64,000 nucleotides of DNA, from NCBI RefSeq assembly GCF_009914755.1, contig NC_060935.1. One strand, given 5' to 3'. A model generated the notes under the pieces. It did no database searches. It had not been told where the DNA came from and saw only the letters and a list, made by a program, of their open reading frames with translations. Made by a program: the position numbers and the translations under genes. This document shows positions 58,046 through 64,000 of the stretch, piece after piece (position 1 is the first letter of the stretch; each line of letters opens with the position of its first letter). This DNA is from the human T2T-CHM13v2.0 reference genome, Homo sapiens.

Positions 58046-60685
58046 CTGAAAACCTAAACCTTTTACTTATAAAACTCAAATGCTAGTCTAAAACCAACAG
58101 TGGTAAAGAATCTGCCCTAAGAAATCTAACACAATACAGCTCAGCCTTCCTCCCAACACAGATCACTGGCAAAGGGAATGGGAATTGTCAGGCAATAGAT
58201 TTGACTGAGGAACTTAGCTTGCCTGGGATCCAGCTAATGCCCTCAGCCTCAAAGCCCTGTGTTTTAATCAAGTGACTCAGCCAGAGGCAGGAGAGTCCAG
58301 GCTCCTGTGGCCGGGAGGGATGGCAGCACAAAACACATCTGTCTAATCAGAAGCTAGTGGTGCTGGCATCCATTCTGTCAAGACTTACAGTAAAACAATG
58401 CTTCTGCAAGGGAAAAAAAGAAACTTATATTCACTCAGAAATCAACTGATACCTTTCTTTCCCCCTCTAACTCAGAAGGCAAATACGTGGAATTGTTTGC
58501 TACGTCTTATATCTACCTACCCCCAAATATTTACTGATGCATTTATAGAAAGAGGACAACTTATCTCGGAATAATAAACCAAATCTATACTAGTAGCTAC
58601 AAACTGTTTAGAAAGTATAAGATTAGGAAATGCTCTTATTTTGGCCTTCTTTTATCTCAATCATCAATACAAGGGATAACACATAGGAAAGTGGTTTTGT
58701 AGGTTGCAGGTAGTTCACATAGGTGAAGAAGTCACTGCAGTAATCTGAGGACACTGCACCACATTTCAGCAGAGTGATTCATTCATTCTTTTATTTGTTC
58801 ATTTATTAATTAATTTAAATTACTTATACTAAGTTCCCATTGAGTGCCAGGAACAGTGCCAGGCTATGTGGATACAGAAATAAACCACAAAGTCTGAGCC
58901 CTCAGGGGCTCAATCTTTTCCTAAATTGTTCTTTTCATCTCCATCCTATTCCAATCATAGCTGCACATGTCTTTGCTCCCTTTTTCCTTCTCTTTCTCCC
59001 CCTCTCCAGTTCTGAGCCACTTAAGAGTGAGGTCATGTGCTTCTCCCACATTCTGCAAAAGTCCTAGCACAGGTCCAAGTGCCCAAATGGGCACTAGGCA
59101 AAAATACTGTATGTAGTGACTTTAGAGGCAAATACTTAGTGAAACACATGGCTTTATTACCATTTTTTAAACCTGCTTTCATTATACTGTATTTCTGTCA
59201 ACCTACCTTCCCCAAAATTCCCTTAAAGCAGTTTTCCTAACAATCTCAAGAGGTTATAGATTAATAATAAAAAATAAATAAGCAGAAACCACTCTCCTCT
59301 CAATGATCTGTGGATCATGTGTTCTGCATGAAGGCAGTCAATAGAGGAGGCCCTTAGAAAATCAGGAGGAGGCGTCAAAAGCTTGAAGCAACAGAAAGTA
59401 GAAACATTTTCTCATATCTCATTCATCTGGATGTGGAAATTCTCTACCAGACTTCAACTTGGGAAACCATGAATAGAAAACAACCCAGAATCAGACTTTT
59501 AAGACAAGAAGGACCCTCATCTGGTCCAATTCTCTAACTTTATAAGGAAACCAAGGCTCAGGGAGAAAGTGTGACTAAACCCAGATTGCACAGATTGTCT
59601 TTGCCAGATGCAGAAGTTGAAACCAAGCCACCTGCCTCCCAGTGCAGGGCCCATTGTTTCCTCAGAGCATCCAGGAGCACGGCGTATGCCTGAGAGCAGT
59701 CCTTGAGGCAATGGCTACTGGCACTCACATGCCCCCATGGGTACACTGCCTTTCCAGTGGCTCTCATTGCTTCCTCTTAGCAAGCCTCTGCCTTGCTTAG
59801 GGCAAGTCAAGACAGCTCCCAGGAGCTCTGAGACTCCCTGTGTAACTGAACAATTCCCTTGAGTGGCAAGCCTGCTTTCATTCTATAAAATGGGACTATC
59901 TTCTGTCCTCTTCTGTTCAGGATTGTGATGAGGATCAATGAGATACTAGCCACCAAGGAAACCTACATTCTTTGAAGAAAACTTGAGTCCCAATAGAGCA
60001 TTTACATCATGATTAAGTCCTACTAATACCAAGAGTTGGATTCCAGGATTTTATAAAGACTGATAATGTTTTATTGCCTCTATGTTTAAACATTTTTAAA
60101 ATATTAATAGCATACACACATGCATGCAATCCAAGTAACAAACAATAACACCTGACACTTGATCCTTATAGTGATTCTGGTAAGTGAGGATAGAATTTGT
60201 TTATTATCATCAATTTATAAAAGTGGAAACCAGCTCAGAGAAGCCATCTGTCTTGCCCAAGGTCACACAGGTAATAAAATGCAATGCTGGGGCAATGACT
60301 TTCTCCAGGACCCTCCTGAATTTTCTGCAAATTACTGTGCAAATTAGTTTTTTAATTTTCTGCTCAAATTTTGCACATCAGCAACACTAAAGAGCTACCT
60401 TTTCTGTTATATTTGAGATGTTTAGCAAGAGTACAGCTTGACCCTGCATTTTCAACAGCAGCCCCATGGCCCAGCACTCATCTCTCCCACAAGATAAATA
60501 CAGGGAAATTATGAGGGGTGAACTTCGGGGCTCACAAACAAGATTAACCTTCATGATGCTTTTAATTATTCATGATTTTTTCTCTACATTCTGTCAAAAA
60601 CAATCTGAGATGGCTCTTAGCTCTGACAATAATTCAGTCAAAAGGGCTGTATTTGTGTGTGTGTTTTTAAAATTTGTTAATATAG

Positions 60686-61108
<423 letters not shown>

Positions 61109-63549
61109 TGAATATGTTTAGTTTTGGTAATAAGAAAATAAAGGATATTTTTATTTTTAAAACATTCTTCATTCTGAAAAATGGGAAAAAAGTGGATGTC
61201 TCCCCAGGGACTAGAGAAGCTCTATTACTGTGAACCAGAGAGTGGAAAATTCAAACAGTAGTCTAAGCCCTCTAGAACCTTGGTCCTACTTCTCCATCTG
61301 GGTACTCGAAGCCCCTAAGAATATATAACAATCTGCCAGGACACCAGTTTTATTCAGATATTTTGAAGAAAAAACTTTATATTTTTAAATCAAAGTCCAT
61401 ATATTATGAAATCAAATGAAAAAAATTGCATAAGCACAGGAGCATGTGTTGGTCTTCTTTTCCATTGCAGGATCTTCTATGGAAAAGTTTGGTAAGCCCT
61501 AAGACAAACATTATAATCTTATCCCCCCAACTTTTGAGAGAGTGACAACCTCATTAATACCAAGTAAGTTTTCCTCTTAATTTAAAAAAAAAAAAGCCAC
61601 ATTTTTCTTCATCTACTGTATGTTTAAAAATTCTTTGTAAAACAGGTGACAAGCAAACATATTTCCAGGGAGCTCTGGAAGCCTATACAGGCACAGTTCA
61701 CCCTACCTCCCTTGCCCAAAGAGGAGAAACACCTAGACTAGCATCTGGGTTTTGAAGATGGTGGAACCTGGGCTTCCCCTAGGCTGCCTCACATTTCTAC
61801 AAGGCAGCAGACCACTCTGCACAAGGTGCTAATTCATTCATTCCACAAATGTTTATTGAGCAAAACCTGAAAAAGGCCTCTTAGGGGACAGTGGAATCAT
61901 TCACCAGCCAACGGTTAGGGCTAACGGGTCAGATGTGGACAATCAATCTTTCATTAGACCCCAAACCACCTCTAGGATAAAGCAAACAGGGCCCTGCCCC
62001 ACCCACGCACTAGCAGCTGGGCAGGATTAGGGTAGGCCTTCTAGAACAGTACTGCTGCTGAGAGGCTAAGGCAGTCACAGATTACCTCCAGAATAACGGA
62101 AACTCCTGCACCATAAATGACATAATAGCTCTAAGATGTTTTGCATAGTGCCTGACACCTGGTGAGAACACAATGTTAGACATTTTTGCTCTCCTTATTC
62201 CAGCTTGCTCTTACTTAAGGAGCACAAAGACAGTGTAAAGAACACAGGTTTTAGAATCAGAGATTGGATTTGAATTCCAGCTATGCTACTTCCTAGCTAA
62301 GTGACTAAAGGAAGCAATCTTTCTGAGCCTGTTTCTCACCTATAAAATAGGGTATAGTACATCACCCCTCATGTGGCTTTGTGAGAATTAAGGATATATT
62401 ACATACAAAGAAGTGTCTGGCCCATAGTAAGTGCCCACTAAACAGCAGTCAACATTGCCCTGCTGCCGTCCCCACACCTCTTCTCCTTCCTAGCTGCTCT
62501 TGATGGGTTCTGCAATCTGATTTCACCTGGATACCACACTAAGGGTGAGAAGGGGCAGAACTTCAGGGGTGGAGGAAAGTGAGGGAAGGGAAATGCTGGA
62601 GACCTTCCATAGAAATCCAGCCAAGTCCTCAGCTCCTTTCAATCATCCTACTCTATCTGGCTGCTCCATCCAGCAGACAGCAGGGGTCACCATCCTGGTG
62701 GGGAATGGCTGCCAACAAGGGGACGGGAAGCTGGATGGCAGTTTGCATCCACCCCACCTTCCAGGGTCTATCTGTCTGAAGCCCCACCGGGCTTCCTCTG
62801 CACATCCCTGCCGGGCTGTGTGGCTCAGGGGGCTGACAGGGTGATTCATAGCCTGTTCTTATCTAGGCTTCTATCTCAACCCTGCGCCCAAAGCCCTGGA
62901 GGCTGCTGGTCACAAACCAGCACTAAATGAAAAGAAGAACTTTTCATTAAGGCAGGAAGTGGAGCCCCTCAAGGTCAAAGGGGATTTATAAAGAGAGGAG
63001 GAAAGAAAGGGAAGACGCGGCAGGATGGGTGCAGAGAAAGAGAGACCCACTTCCTATATGCTGGTGGAGCCCTGTGTCTTAGACGCTAAAAACAGTCGCT
63101 TTTCCACTTCAAAGGATGATAAAGCCCACTCGTGTAGTTTATAGCTCGCCGTGGGACGAGGTGTGGGTATGGAAGAGAATTCCAAAACACGTCTTATTTT
63201 CAAAGGAGAAATCATCATCCCCTGGCCGGCCCTTCCCAACACCCCACCTGTAAACAGGTGCTGACGCTCCTACCTTTCTGCACCTGAGCAATCTGGGGGC
63301 AGTTACTCTGCAGCCAGGTCTCCCCAGCACCCAGCCCCAAGCCCAGGTCAGTCCCTGAAAGCCCTAGAAAACGCGATAGCTCAGCAGAACCCTCGCCTAC
63401 CCGGGCATCCCAGCTTCCTGGCCGCCTGGGCAGCGGAGGTGGCTCTGGAGTAGGTGGGAAACTGAGGAAAGGAGCTTTCCCCGTGCCAAAACGCAGTTCC
63501 CATTTTAGAACTGGTTAGACTAAGGAACAACATTCTACACCACCTCCCT

Positions 63550-63645
63550 CACTTAACAGAGGAGGAAGCAGAGACCAAGAGAGGGAAACAAAGTTGCCCG
63601 AGGTAACACAGCGAGTGGGCCAAGTAGAGACTGGAACCCGAGTGC
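63550..63645 (+). mobile_element. MIR remnant at the inner edge of the CpG island
   Basis: cagaggaggaagcagagac...gttgcccgaggtaacacagc...ggaacccgag resembles the MIR core. Confidence 0.6.
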
Positions 63646-64000
63646 GCACCTCCGAGTCGCTGCCGGGCAGGGAGCGCGCCTCGCCGTCTCTCTTGTCTTC
63701 TGGCCCCCAGCCCTCGGCCTGGCGGTGCAAACCGCGCAGCCCCGGGCGCGGCGCGTTACCTTCCCCCGGGCAAGGCGTTGCGAGCCTTCACTCTCCCGAC
63801 GGACGCTGGCGGCACGGCCCGGGTGTCGCCCGGCACTGTCAACGCAGAGCGGCGTGCGCGAGTCCCTCCCCGCTACCCCCGCCCCCGGCGGGCGGTGCGG
63901 TGGGGCCGGTCCCGGGTGCTCGGGCCAATGGCGCTTCGCCCGCTCCCCGCCCCGGCCCGCCCCGGCCTCCTCGCCCGGCACACAGCGCCTGCCAGCCCCT
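63590..64000. promoter_or_regulatory. SYTL2: CpG-island promoter, continuing past the window edge; CCAAT box 63925-63929, GC boxes ~63876-63895, 63945-63953, 63956-63963
   Basis: Abrupt rise in GC and CpG content versus the CpG-poor remainder; Sp1/KLF-type CCCCGCCCC motifs and CCAAT. Confidence 0.9.
63650..63860 (-). other. SYTL2: Probable non-coding first exon; candidate donors GAG|GTGCGC (exon end 63650) and AAG|GTAACG (exon end 63760); TSS approximate
   Basis: Lies in the CpG island downstream (minus sense) of CCAAT and GC boxes; two GT donor matches. Confidence 0.6.

Noticed and set aside
63553-63981. 142-aa Arg/Gly/Pro-rich ORF
   Set aside because: Non-ATG start, stop-poor GC-rich island, runs through donors into a MIR, no recognisable domain

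Overview
Primate (most likely human) genomic DNA holding the 5' part of SYTL2 (synaptotagmin-like protein 2 / Slp2-a, a Rab27 effector) on the minus strand. A CpG-island promoter and non-coding first exon lie at the right end (~63.6-64 kb), followed by a ~53 kb first intron. Next come an ATG-containing exon (10813-10324) and a second coding exon (1123-972). Together they encode the N-terminal Slp-homology (Rab27-binding) domain, [22 protein letters not shown]...[36 protein letters not shown]. The gene continues off the left edge. The rest is intron dense with Alu, L1, L2, MIR, LTR and DNA-transposon relics, several nested and with readable target-site duplications (TSDs). Nearly all ORFs in the supplied track are spurious or repeat-derived. 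I found no evidence of a new protein-coding system. The best leads are regulatory: (1) a full-length, sense-oriented THE1 element whose two LTRs keep perfect DUX4 motifs and GTAAGT donors upstream of the ATG exon; (2) a uORF-rich 5'UTR exon with internal splice sites and a uORF stop overlapping the main ATG; (3) a poly(U)35/MIR candidate poison exon; (4) several fold-back palindromes. Repeat subfamily calls are from recall of consensus sequences, not a RepeatMasker run.
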